From contig CM102290.1 in the NCBI GenBank assembly GCA_046563655.1, positions 10,788,001-10,852,000 of the forward strand: DNA of 64,000 nucleotides. The letters are read 5' to 3'. The DNA comes from Yuukianura sp. NJ FZ-2021. Lineage: Eukaryota. Position 1 is the stretch's first letter. The number at the start of each line of letters is the position of its first letter. Of the stretch, positions 1 through 12,753 are shown in pieces. The notes beneath the pieces were generated by a model. The model worked only from the letters and a program-made list of their open reading frames with translations, had not been told where the DNA came from and did no database searches. The translations under genes were made by a program, and so were the position numbers.

Positions 1-3000
1 ACGAAATCAACAGCAATTACCTCAACGCCAAACGAATCAATCTCGATAACCTAGGAGTGATGAAAGTAAACTAAGGTATGGGTAACCAAATGAGAAGAAA
101 GTGAGTGGCGTTCAATCCAAAGCCAAAGTGAAAGTCAGTCATCTGCAAATAAAAATTTCTCCTTTAGATAAAGCTTTTGGTTAGATTAGGAAAAACTAGG
201 TTTTAAGTTAACCTAACTTGAAAGTTAAAAGAAGTATTTGAAGATCGTCGTACAATTGACAAAATACTAAGGTGTTCGGTTAGGAGGATGCTTATGTTTT
301 CAGTGTTGAACTATTTATTGTTGACCAAATTGCTGTCCACTTGCCTAACCCTGTCTCACCTGACCTCCACCCTCACGAACGCCGTCTGCTCTGAATCATC
401 TGCTCCTGCTTTACCATCTGCTTCAATTTCTTAGACAAAAAGCACGAGACACCTTGGCACAAGCTGGTCGAGGATGAGTAAAAACATGTAACGTGTTATT
501 TCGAAAAAAAAAGAAATTTTGAAAAAAAAATATTAAAGATTTAATAATTTTCTAAATTTTGAAAATGAAAAAAATAAGGCTATGGCATACTCCCCGACTT
601 ATTTTTAGAACATAATTTCCCCAAGGTGTCAAAAAAGAATGCAGCAATGCAATCTCCACATTTTCCTCCTTGACACCAATCTGCAACACCAAGATCAAAA
701 TCACAAGAAACAAAAGAGGCGCCCTTAAAATTAAATTTAAATTTTTGTAACAGCGTCGCAGCCCAATGCCCAACCAACTCAAGGTTGGACGCGTATTTTG
801 GTGGGGGCGGGAAATAAGTTTAGGTCATCATTTTAAAGCTTTACGAAATTACGTAATTTCTCAACCAGAAAACTACGAAAACCAAAAAAAAAAACGGTCG
901 TAACAGTCGCTTAAACTTGAAATTTAAAATTACCGCTCTCATGTGTTGCATCCGCTCAGACGAACCGGAGTTTATGAGCGGCAGGACTTTGAATTTTTTT
1001 TTATTTTTTGAAAGTAAGTGGTGAAAAGTTGATGATGACTTCCCTTTCAGACTGTGTGGATCTGTTCGAGTGGTTTTGTAGCATGTGCCCAACAGGAGAG
1101 CTTGTTAAACCATTTAAAACGGCGCGCGCGCCCATTCCGAAAAAAAGGACTAAAAAAGTCGTCTTTTTATTACTGTTTCTTATTCCCCGCACTTGAAGAA
1201 TTGAAATTCAGTGGGAAGTCTTTCCAGTTTTTTATTGAACAATGTCACACACTGCCCCCAGTTTCGTTTGTACTTTTATGTTATTGTTCGTCTAGTTCCC
1301 CTTCATTTTCTCACAAGTTCGAAGTCCCCCCTCGCTAAAAGGACACACTAAAACAATGACGGGGGACACGACAGATCAATAGACGCTTAACAAGCTCAAA
1401 TGGATCTCAGTCGGCTGGAAACGGCTCATCACCAGAGACAATTTCGGTTTTCAGTTTTTTTTTCTAAAAAACGGAAGGGGAAGTTGGTTTTGGTCAATTC
1501 CCGCCAAGCATTGGGGGGCGGTGATGACAAATTTCATGGTTCGAGAAACTGTCCGGGTCAAATGGTCAAACATTATAAAGTGACCCCCTTGGTCGCCTGT
1601 TGCCTAGCGTAGCTTGTTGATTCTCAACATAACTAACAATGAAATACTCGTTCCAAACAAAAATCCACTGCGTGTAGGATAACCTGACAATTAAATCTAA
1701 CGCTGGGTCAAAATGCAGCCTAATAACCTAACCGATGGTGTAGAAATTCACCCGAACTTGAACAAATCTTAGCGTCAGTCGTAAATCTACGAGATTTGAG
1801 AAAAGATTAAATGAATTGTGGAGAGATTTGTTAACATAAAGACGTTAACGTAGGCTGACAAAAGTGTAACCGCGTTCTGGAAAGTCGTCATTAATAGAAA
1901 GGAGGGGAAGAAACTGCTCCTGGATTTTCTGGAAGTCGAAACAGAAGCGATTACTCTAATGGAAACTCTTGCTTTTTTTTTGTTTAAGCTTCTCCAGAAA
2001 TCCTAACCCAACTAAAAAAAAACTTTCAAAAAAAAACATCGTTTTTTCATTCCGAAAAAAAGTCCAGTTGTCTTACGATTGTCGTTGTACACACTTAAAA
2101 CATGTGCCCAACAGCTGCTTTTGTCTGTTTTTCAAAATCGACACCAGAGGGACTGAAAATACCCGCCAAATTTCAAAAAATTCTCTACTCCGTTCCTGTC
2201 TCATCTCTAAGGCTTTGGCTTAACTGATTACAATCTTTTGTTTTTGAAAATTAGCAGACACCCCGCCACTCAACTGGCATTTATTCCCTGGCTTAGTGTC
2301 TGTTTTTGGTCTTGAGTTGAGCGGTTTCCAAAGGGTCTGGTCGCGGGAGATTTTGAAAATTAACAAAAGTTTTAGCGGTTTTTTGTCGAAAAATAGTGGC
2401 TTTGGCGGTTACGATAGAGCCATTTAAAAAGTTTGACATTCGATATGATTTTGGTTTATTTGAGTTTCTGGAGGACCTATGCGTTCTTTTGAGACACATT
2501 TCCATATTTTTGTGGTTTGGTTCGTATGATTGATTGCTTCAAGTGGGTAATAGATGCCCATCTCTGATGAAGCGGAGTTCTTCGAATGAAAAAGATGTAG
2601 AATAGAGTAGGGTGACTTGGACCCCTTAGACACGAACCCTACGGAAAGTAGGCAACAAAACACGAGGGCGTGCGGACCAAACCATCTGTCGCCCAGACGC
2701 TTGATGGCTTTGAGGCTGGGAACACTTTTCAAAAATACTGGCTCGCAGCATAATCTAGGTTCCGTTACTTAACCATTGTGGACGGTCACCAATGGACGGG
2801 CACTTATGGACGGATCGGAGTCACTTCCTTACAAATCCAAGCATTCCTAGCTTCAAGGGCCCTCTAACTTTCTGCTGTACCTGGAAAACGAATCCAGAAC
2901 TTTTACTCTAAGCTTTGGAATGTCCTGGCAGGTCTACCAAGAACATTCATTGGGTAGTTTTTGAGTAGTTTAGATTTACATTCTTAAGGGTAACCCCGTA

Positions 3001-4200
3001 AAAGAATATTTCGTCCAGAAGCGACTAAGCCATCGCTTATAATATTTCCGTACATAGGTGCCCGTGCATGAGTGTCAGTTTATAAGGCAATGGACCCTTG
3101 AAGCAGAAGATGAGATGCATTTAGAGTCTGTTGATCTTGTGCTGAGAATCTTCGTGGGCCCTTGATCATCATCTTCATCTTTTGGTCCATCTGGAAACCG
3201 GAGGAAGTGTGGCTCCTGGTACACCTGGACGGAGGGCCCTTAACAATTTCCCCGCCAAAACCAAATGGGCCACGAGCAGCATCATTTCCTACTGCTGGAA
3301 CATGAACCCCTTGGCTTAGAGGGCCTTACACTTTAAGAGATCCAGTTGTCTGCAGCCCTTAAGGATCAGAAGATGATGGACATGAAGGTCTGTGTGGTTT
3401 TTTCTTCCGTGACAGATGTATGGCGCTAGGGTTCGAAATTTGAAAATCTTAAGGCTCCCTCTTCCCGTTCTGCCGTGTTAAGTTGGAATGGGAGACTTAA
3501 GGGGCTCTTCTGAGAGCCCTTTAGGAAAAGACGCTGATTTCTTTTCAAAAAAAATTCTTTGAGCTACATTTTGCTTTTGTTATGGAATCAAAAATTTGGA
3601 ACAATTCAAACAATGAGAAAAGAAGCTTCTCACCTTCCTGGTTTCTTTTGAGTTCGGAGATGAGCTAAGGGTCCCCTTCTTAAGGGCTCCAACAGCTGCC
3701 TAGCCTGTGCTTTCTCTTTTTCAAAAAGTTCTTCATAGAGCAGGTTGGCGATGGCTTGGAAAGGTCAAATTTCAATATTTCTAAAGCCAACAAGTTGTGG
3801 AGCACGTGATTTCCACTTCTACAAAAAATTAAACGCGACCTTTTGACCCTGACGTTGAACAAAAACGTGAGCGGGTCATATTGACCTTGAGGAAAACCAA
3901 ATTGAAGAAGGTTGGCCATGGGAATTTGTTTTTGATTTGGCTTTACTAAATTATGAAAAAGAAAATATGTGTATTATCTTTAAAAATTGTAAAAATTCGC
4001 CTTGACAACTCTCGTGACTATGTGTTTTTGTTTGTCTTTTGACAAATTTGTATTTTTCTAACTCGTCGTGGTACAAACTCGTTGTTTTCAATAGAATTTA
4101 AAATTTCAAAATTAAAGCGGAGGGTCACCAAAAAGGTCAGCAACCGACGTTGGCCGATACTTGACCGTCATCAAAACTTTACTTTTTCAAAGACCATACA

Positions 4201-5657
4201 ATGCCTGTCCAACATCGTAGAAGTCGTATGCCCTCGCACCGGCGCAGTAGTAGTAAACGGCCAAAGTATGCGGAGTACTTGGGCAGAATGGAGCCTCCCG
4301 GCCCTCGGACACATTCGCCATACTACCCACCACTCAACAATCCGTCTTATGTGAGTTGAAATTGGGAGCAAATGCCTACTTGACCTTTGACCTTTGATGT
4401 AGCTTCACCTTTGACCTTTACATTTTCCTACAGGACTTCCTCCACACCCACTTGTCGTTCCATCCAATCATGCCGGGCATGCAGTTCTCAACGTTCTACC
4501 CAGCAGGAGTCAGCTCCACTGATGTTCCCGCTGGCACAGCATTCGCAACACGCCAGTACTCGCTCGGCAACTTCACCAAAGTACCCACCATTGTTTCGAC
4601 GTACATGAACCAACCAACCAATGACATTCCGAAGTATCTCCTGGACTCCATGAATCCCGATGAGCGGAAGAGGGCGCTCGAAGGAGTTGCAAAGCTAAAC
4701 GCCGAGGAAGACAGAATCGCTGCGCGCAGAAACATGCGTCTCTTTGGAACAGACTTCCACACTACAGACACTTATAAAGTTCAGGATGAGTCCATTTTGA
4801 AGCGAGAGGAGTCAATAGTACTAGGAGATGGGAAACCAAAACGCCCACCAACACCGAAAAAGGCAAAGTCAAAAACCCCACCGCCGAAAAAACCCAAATC
4901 CAAAACCCCACCACCGAAACCAAAGTCAAAAACTCCACCACCGAAACCAAAATCAAAAACCCCGCCACTGAAACCAAAATCAAAAACCCCCACAAAACCC
5001 AAATCAAAAACTCCATCAAAAAAGCCGAAATCAAAAACCCCGTCAAAGAAACCGAAGTCAAAGTCCAAGACATCAAACAAACCAAAATCAATTATAGCTT
5101 TAAAAAAGCCGAAATCAAAAACACCGAAAAAACGCAAATCCCGAGCTCGATCAAAAATATCAAAAGCAAGACCTCGGTCACAGACGCCAAAACCGCGACC
5201 TCCGCCACAAAAGCCAACATCTCGACCTCCGTCACAAAGATCGAAATCACGTCCGATAGCGAGACGATCTACCAGCAAACCGCAGAAATCACAACCAAAA
5301 CGTATGGCAGCGCCAAAGCAAAAATCAAAACAGGCTCCAATGCAAAAGTCAAAATCACGACCACAACGTCGTCGGGAGCGATCAAGACGATCACGAAAGT
5401 ATGATTACAGTCCAACCGACTCTGAAGACGAGGAGGAGGGACTTTGTTTTGAATTTCGTCCCGTTTCACCATGTGCCGCTGAAATTTCAATTACGATTGA
5501 ACCCGATGAAGACGAGTGTCCATTTGAGTATGCCGTCAATAACGGAATCATGCCCATTGTTTGCTACACGACGCCACCATATTTCGGTATGCCACCAAAT
5601 GGCGCACCAAACACAATGTCACACAATTCCTTTGGTTCGACACCCAGCTACTACTGA
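4201..5657 (+). CDS. Orphan highly basic Lys/Pro/Ser/Arg-rich repeat protein (histone H1 tail / protamine-like composition), 2 exons, 457 aa
   Basis: Exon 1 is 4201-4350 (ATG; MPVQHRRSRMPSHRRSSSKRPKY...NNPSY) and ends at donor GTGAGT. The intron 4351-4433 ends ttttcctacag. Exon 2 (4434-5657) is in the frame of the 401-aa ORF and ends in TGA. About 10 KPKSKTP(P/S) repeats are followed by an R/S-rich tract and an acidic/Cys tail. AATAAA at 5773-5778. No recognisable folded domain. Confidence 0.8.
4845..5135 (+). repeat. Coding tandem repeat (~24-30 nt units) encoding KPKSKTP(P/S)
   Basis: About 10 imperfect copies of AAACC(A/G)AA(A/G)TCAAAAAC(C/T)CC..., with synonymous third-position variation between copies. 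Confidence 0.9.
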
Positions 5658-8600
5658 ATTTCTTGAATCATTGGGCGTGCAAGAAAATTCAAAATTCAAA
5701 ACGTTCTTTATTAACGTACGAAATTTTTCAAAAAATTTCCAAATTTTCCAAACCGTCGTATTTTCGCTCTTAAATAAAAACGCTACCTGCTGTTGCACAC
5801 TTTTCGTTTTACTTGTTCAAATTAACAAAAATCTTAAGCTGAAAAATCTTTTTTTGTAAATCTTTCTTTTTTAAACTTTTTTTTTTAAAACTCTTGAAAA
5901 GGAAAAAAAATTCAACGTACTCCATAACTTTTGAACTCCTAATTTATACTTAATTCCTTCTTCTAAATTTTGAGAATTTCATATTACGAGATTCAGAAAT
6001 TTAAAATTAGTTCCGAACACTTTTTAGTTTTCGTGGTTATAAAAAAAACAGAAATCTTAAATTGTTATGCGACGCATTTTTCCATTTTGGAAATTGTATC
6101 CAGAATTGTTGTCAACTTTTGTATTTAAGTTTTACCGTTTCAAAAATTTCCATTCATTGTTGAGATCACAGGACAATTGAATGATGAAGGTTTCGGAATC
6201 TATTGGTCTAGTTCCCACCCAAGAGGGGACTTAAGGGCCCTTCTCCTTTCTTTACCATCTTCTCATAACTCATCTTAGTGTAGTACTAAGCAACAAAGTT
6301 CCTTTGTTGAATGATTTATTGGAGGGAATATTTGACTTTGGTGAAGAAAATTTTCAATTTATAATTTCCCTCCTGTTTAATAAAAGCTTATTCCATGGTC
6401 CCTCCACTAAATTGGGCCCTTAAGAGGGTGAGCCCTTATTCCAAGCAGGAAAAGTGCAATATCACATCTCAGAAATCAAGGAATTTATTCCTAAATGCAG
6501 GGGTAGTAAATCATCAGAACGGGACACGAATGACCCTTAAGGCCCCCACCCTGTTACCACCCCATCCCCCAAAACCTAACTGCTAAGATGCGAGGATTTT
6601 CCAAGAAAATTTTAGAATCTTAGAAGGGCACAGGATTTTTCTTGGAAAAGGGATCAAGGGCTCGCCATGAATACTTGAAGATTGTTTAAGTTTCAAAACT
6701 TTTATCAATGAAGACAGACCCTCCAGAAGAAGTATGGGGCAAAGTGAGACTTTGACCCCGAAGTCCCCCTCGTTTCTAAGGGTCTTCTGACACGTTTTGT
6801 TCAGCACTGCATTGTCATGGAGATGCTGCATGTACTTAAGGGTAAAGCGGAAGTGTCAGTTGGAGGTTGCCATGGTTTCGCTTCCGTCGATGTCACTCAC
6901 TTTCCATTCATTTTGTGACACAATCGTTTGTCCCTTTTTTCAAAATTTGAATCTTGGCGCTACTGCTGTTTTTCCGTCTCTCTCGGAAGTTTAAAATGAG
7001 ACCATTTCCTGTCGCGCCTTGAAACTTCATCATCATCACTCTCTTTAGAGAGAAAAAAAATTCAAAAAAGTGTAGCGGGAAGGTTCAAAGTCCAAGATGG
7101 TCCATATCCTTTTCGGATGCTACTGCTGGAAAACTGGACCAAAAAAGCTCATTCATTATTTTGAAGAGCCTTTTGACATTAAGTTTGAGTCCTAAAAAAT
7201 AAGTAAGGGATTAAAATAACTCGGAGTTGGGATTAAGATGAACCGAATTTTACCAAAGCGTAACAATTCCTTCAAAATTTTGAAAAGTTATGAGGAAGGG
7301 TCATAACAGTTTCACTTGACTCGATTCTGGTAGTTTCAAATAGGTCAACAGGTCAGACTCGTTGGTTTAAAGTTAAAAAAAAAACCTTCACAAAAATTGG
7401 CAGTTAAGACTAAACTAATCCACCTAACTTACGACCACACTAAATTTTAAAAACTGAAAAAATAAAAATGCTAGGCTTTAAAATTTCAAAAAATGGTTTT
7501 CAAACAAAAGTCAAAAGGCCATCACCCAAGTCTAAATTTCAGAAAAACTGAGAGCTTAAAAAGCTTAAAAAGCGAAAATGATCTGTGATCTGGTCACTTC
7601 AAATTCTCAGTTACACAGTTACAGTTCCGTTAGGCTGTGCATTATGTTAGGTTAGGCTACAGATTATGGTAAGTTATTAGGTTATGTGTGATGTTTAGTA
7701 TATTTTTAGCCTAGTGCGTATACTTATTCCTGGAATCAATTGTTTTTTGTGGAGATGGATGTCAATATTGGTGACAAACAAAAGATAGGAGGAAGCGGAC
7801 GTTATTTTGGATGGGATCAAAAGCATATGGGGATGTGGACGCTGAGTCGCTGGAGCGTCCCTGTCAAATGTCACGAAAGTGACACTGTTGTCGTCACTAA
7901 CTTTCTAGCAACTAACATAACCCATCCTCCCTTTCATCCACCCACTCCCAATTCCAATCATTTCCATCTCCGCCAACGTTTAAAGGGGTCACGAGGTCAA
8001 TCAGGAGAACTGGAGTGTGGGAAAGAGATGTGCTACAATTTCAAGTTTCCCGCTCATTGTCAGATACAAGTCTGAACCATTTTGGATCTCAATCTACTGG
8101 AGCAAAACCTTTTGTCTAAGCAAGGTTTAAACAAACCAATTTTCCCGCTTGTGCAGTTCCTCAATAGCACGATCTCGTCAAAGTTCAAATTCAAAGTTCA
8201 CAATAGCACCCGAATTTAAAAAAAAACAGAGATGGATGGTCAGGTCAAACGATTGAAAAGGCTTGAAAATTCCAACAATGACTTTTGTGGTGAAAGCTTT
8301 CTTTTTACCTTAGTTTAAACATATTTTTTAAAAACGTATAAAAGACTCAACTTTATTCCAAAATTTTCACAATCAATAGGTATTTCCAGAAAAAATTTCA
8401 AAAACAAGAGTCTTATTGTGCACAAATTTTACCTCTGCTGTATAATTTTCAAAAAAAAGGGTTTAAACATAACTGCTAACGTAAAGGTTATAAGTGGGGC
8501 AAAACATTTTTAATTTGACTTCTAATTACATGTTCTAAAAATCGTTGTTTATTTTTTATTGAAAATAGGAAGCGAGTAATGAGAGACAGTGTGGAAATTT

Positions 8601-8823
8601 GAAAGAGGATCCAAAATGTGAAAAACAGGATTCAAAATTTGAAAGAATTTAGCCTCTGTTTACAAATTGTGGATGATGTCATGTGTTGGTCATGTTGTAT
8701 ACAGATGAGTAACATCTTTGGACGAACGAACAACAAGGCAGTGGTGACAAATACCAAAACTATTTCTATGCCTCACTACAAACAAACAGATCCGCCCTCT
8801 AATCGTTTCAAATCACTCAAAAG

Positions 8824-8897
8824 TGGCTCCAAAATTTAAAAAGTTAGTGTATGGCTCCAAAATTTAAAGGACGAATGTGTGGCTCTAAAATTTAAAA
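8824..8897. repeat. Short tandem repeat, 3 x 28 bp
   Basis: TGGCTC(C/T)AAAATTTAAA starts at 8824, 8852 and 8880. Confidence 0.8.
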
Positions 8898-11800
8898 TGA
8901 CCTTGTCACTTTTCAATCGTGTTGATGGTATGACAGCATGAGCAAAAAACACACTTCCTTACATAAATCGAGAAATAGAAACTATTGCAGGCATGGCCTG
9001 TATAAGAGGTTGTGGTCTAACGATGATCGAGTTCGAGACTCAAGGAACTTTTGGAAATCAGAGCGCAAAAAACTGAATCGCAATTTGCAACCTTGTTCCT
9101 CCTTCCAGAATAGACCTTGGTGGGTATAATCTTTGTGGATTAGTTTAGATGTACAACTACGGCAGAAATCAAGTTCTGGATGGCTATGGGACCGTTAGAA
9201 TAGCACATAGTACACATGAGGAAATGTAACTGGACGAATGGGGGCGGGGAGAGGGGGGTGAGTTACATCGTACTCTGGAGACCTGTGTTTACACACGTGG
9301 AAATTTTGGGAAAGCGTTAAGTAGAGAACGTGTATGGAGAAAATGGCGCGTGGATGGAAGGTTTTTGTCTTTTTTGAGTTAGCAGATTTCGAAATAAATT
9401 TGAACGTCCAAAAATAGGAGTTTAAAATAGTAATTGTCTGAAAGAATTTACTTTTTTAAAAAGAATTAAACTAGGTTTTGGAAAACCTCGAAGTAGTTTT
9501 AGTTGTGTGACCTTTGACATGTTGAGTGTCCATTGTGTAATACGGTTTTAGTGGGTTAATAAGATCCTCGAAATTGTTGACATTTGACAACAAGAAGGAG
9601 CATTGCAAGGTGCTTTTCATTTTTTGAAAAGAAGAATTATTCAAAAGAGAATTTTATTTTTCCCAACCTTTTTCTGTTTACTTGGCGGTACAAAGCGTTT
9701 GACCTTTGCTTTTTTTTCAAAAAGAGCTTCAATTTTTTCAAGGTCAAGGTCGCCATTTCTTTTCTTTCCGTTTGATTTGAACATTGCCGCTTTTTTTCTT
9801 TCGCCGCTTAATTGCAAACACCTTGGGAAAATTTTCTAACAAAAAGGTATATTTTCCAATTTTTGAAGCTTTTGTGATGCACAATGGACCATAATCTTGT
9901 TACTTAAGCTTCCTTTTAAATACTACTTTAAAATTTCCAGATTTGTAAAAATTAACAATGTTTTCATAAAATTTCGGAGCCAATTGGTCACTGTCTTTCG
10001 TCCATAACTTTTTGTCAACACTTCTGTGCCATTTGTAAAATGCATACCGTGCCCACTTTGTGTTTAGTGTAGTTTTAAGGAAAGGTATAAAAAGTTGCAC
10101 AAAATTGGCGAAATAGAAGGTGTGATTTGCGAATTACGAGGAATTGCTAAAAAGCGACTGTAAGTATAGTTTTGGTTGTGATTTTGGGAGCGTGGCTGGA
10201 ATGCGATGATCCAATATTTACACAACTTATCACAAAATGCATAACCTCGAAAGTCCTTAATTTCCTCATCGTTAACTACACACATGTAACTTAACTACCA
10301 GAGTTAGTTAACAACACTTGCTAAAAATTTACTCAGAATTTTGAATTGTGAAACTGCCAAACTCATTTTTGTGTAGATAACAATAGACACAAGAACTTGC
10401 TAAAATTGGATCAAAAACGAGGTCTGGGTCTAATGGGGGCGAGAGACCTTGGCTTCCATTCTGGACACAATTCAAACAAAGCGACCACACCCCCATCATT
10501 CCCCTCTTCCCCCCATTTCCATTTCACCATAATTATAGGTGTCACAGGTCAATTTAGTTATTTGAACTAGAAAAACACTACTAAAACAAAAGGCAAAAGG
10601 AGGTCACTTTTTGAATTTGAAATTTTGGTAGTTTGAATGTTCGCGGGCACGCGTTCTGGCTGTTAGGTACAACCGTGGGTGAAAACGGTTTTTGATAAAG
10701 ATCTGTGTAAACCAGAGGTGTTGAAAAACCAACACTGGATTTTTACGGCATTTTAACAATAGATTTTTTTCCGTTCCTTTTTTTTTGGACAATCACGCAT
10801 TTCCAATGCAAAAATTTACAGATTCGTGATTTGAATTCAATTATTTTTTGAGACTTTCCTAGTTCGTTCCCCGCCTTATTTAGGTTGAAATAGGGAAAGT
10901 TTTTAGGAATTGTCGTTGAGCAATTGGCGATGTAGAAAATTTTCCTACGAATCAAAAAACGTGGTTATAATTTAATTCTTTTCTCTCTTTTTGAAGTTAT
11001 CGCTTTAAAAAAAAACAACGAGAGAAATAATTTCCAACGCATATATGTTTACTTTGTATTGTTTTTTTTAACACTTCGAATGATTTATTGAATTCAAACT
11101 TTTGAAAATGGGATTGGATTTACTTAAGATAAATAATAAAATTTACTTTATTGGGTTTGTTTTACTTTGGGCCAATGTTTGCCAATTAATTTTGTCACAA
11201 CTACGATTAAAGCCGTATTTCTCTTTTGTTACAGTTGTTTGAATAAAGAAAGTGAACCTTTCTTACGCAGCGATTCGATTAAAATTAACCGAAGAGCTTT
11301 GTATTGAAATTTTTCCGATTCTTTTGCAATAGTTTGTTTTTCAATGGAAATTGTAAACTTTGTGTTTTGAAGTATTTATTTTCTGTTTCCTTTTGTTTTC
11401 GTTTAAATAAATGATTGCATTATGCCTATTATTACATAAAACTTCAATATATTATAGGATAACTTTGACATTTAATTTTGGCGCCAGAGGTGATACATTA
11501 CTTATACAGTGAAGATAAACGAAAGGTGCAGAAATGAAACTGCACCTTGTTTGTAACACATCGTTTTCCTGTGACTAGGTTTGTCCGCCATTGTTTTTAG
11601 TTTGGATTTTCCTTTTGTTTGGTTTGAATTATGGGAAATTCCTTTAGTTTGAGAGTGTCATCTTCAATGGGACGAACAGGAACTCTCTTTGCCCATTATT
11701 TACTGGTTGTCCTCTTGAACCAATGAGGCACTGGAACATCATGTACGGTATTCTCTGGACGGACGTCCATTCGTAGACGGATATTAAGGACGAACTAGTT

Positions 11801-12699
11801 CCTTTAGTTTCGGTTCAACTCTACGCTAGGCTTGCAGTACATGTACTTCCGTATATGCGAACAGCCGTCCACCGAATTCCGTAGAAGAGTTTCCAGTTCC
11901 GCACTGGTTGATTTGGAATGCAATGCAGACGAAGAAGAAGATCCACATTCCACTGGGATGAGGATGAAGATGAGATGCACAGATCACACTTCATTCAAAT
12001 CACCTCCTTCCGCTTCTTTTCACACGAGACACAGCACTAATCCCTCAAGAAACGCTTCCCAACATGTTTTAACTTCAAAAATTTTCAAGTTCAACATTTC
12101 CAAATGTTTGAAAAAATGAAATTTCCAAAAGTCAATGGTGAAAAACAAAAAGCCTAAATTACTACTACCTAAATAGTTTAAAAGATTTTCACACAAAAAT
12201 TTGTGAGAAAATTGCTGGAAATGTTTAATTTTACAAAGTTTATATTTTTGCTTCATTTTTTAAATTATCATGAAATCGAATAAGCAACGCCCTCGATTAT
12301 TTCAAGTGTATTTTGTCCTCCGCTTCTTTAATTTTGGCGGGATGTTTTAAAATCATTAGTTGCAACGAAGGTACATAACTTTTGTCTAGGTTTGTTGAAT
12401 CATAAAACCGTGGCCGTTAACCCACACTAGTTTACAGACGACGTAGAAAGCTTCCTGGAAGGATATAGGAGGAAGGACCTCAACTTTAACGACGCAATTC
12501 ACTTCCCATGATGTAGAAAAACCGTTGTTGTCCGTTGCACTCTTAACAGAAACTACGCCATGCAATAAAAAATGTACACAACTACGACCGCGGACACACC
12601 GTGGGTGGACTTTTCCGCTGCGCATCAACGCCACGGGTGACAAATCCACTAAAATGCACTTTCACAAAGTGCCTCACAACCTATTTAGTTAATTTGCAA

Positions 12700-12753
12700 A
12701 GGTCATTGACTCGTTTGACCTCATTGGGCTTTATGGCTAAAAGTCATTGACCT
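12700..12753. promoter_or_regulatory. Pair of IR1 nuclear-receptor (EcRE-like) elements
   Basis: AGGTCA-T-TGACTC at 12700-12712 and AAGTCA-T-TGACCT at 12741-12753, each close to the AGGTCA-N-TGACCT IR1 consensus. Motif match only. Confidence 0.4.

Noticed and set aside
4781..5278. 165-aa Phe/Gly-rich minus-strand ORF (and overlapping 4762-5091)
   Set aside because: Antisense shadow of the KPKSKTP coding repeat; no independent splice or start evidence.
6813..6833. TGTCATGGAGATGCTGCATGT resembling miR-281
   Set aside because: Only the 5' part matches and no complementary hairpin arm is evident. I did not recognise any conserved miRNA in the window.
11806..11960. Minus-strand frame ...VDGCSHIRKYMYCKP... 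as an insulin-like A chain
   Set aside because: It has C-x8-C but lacks the required CC-x3-C and any B-chain exon.
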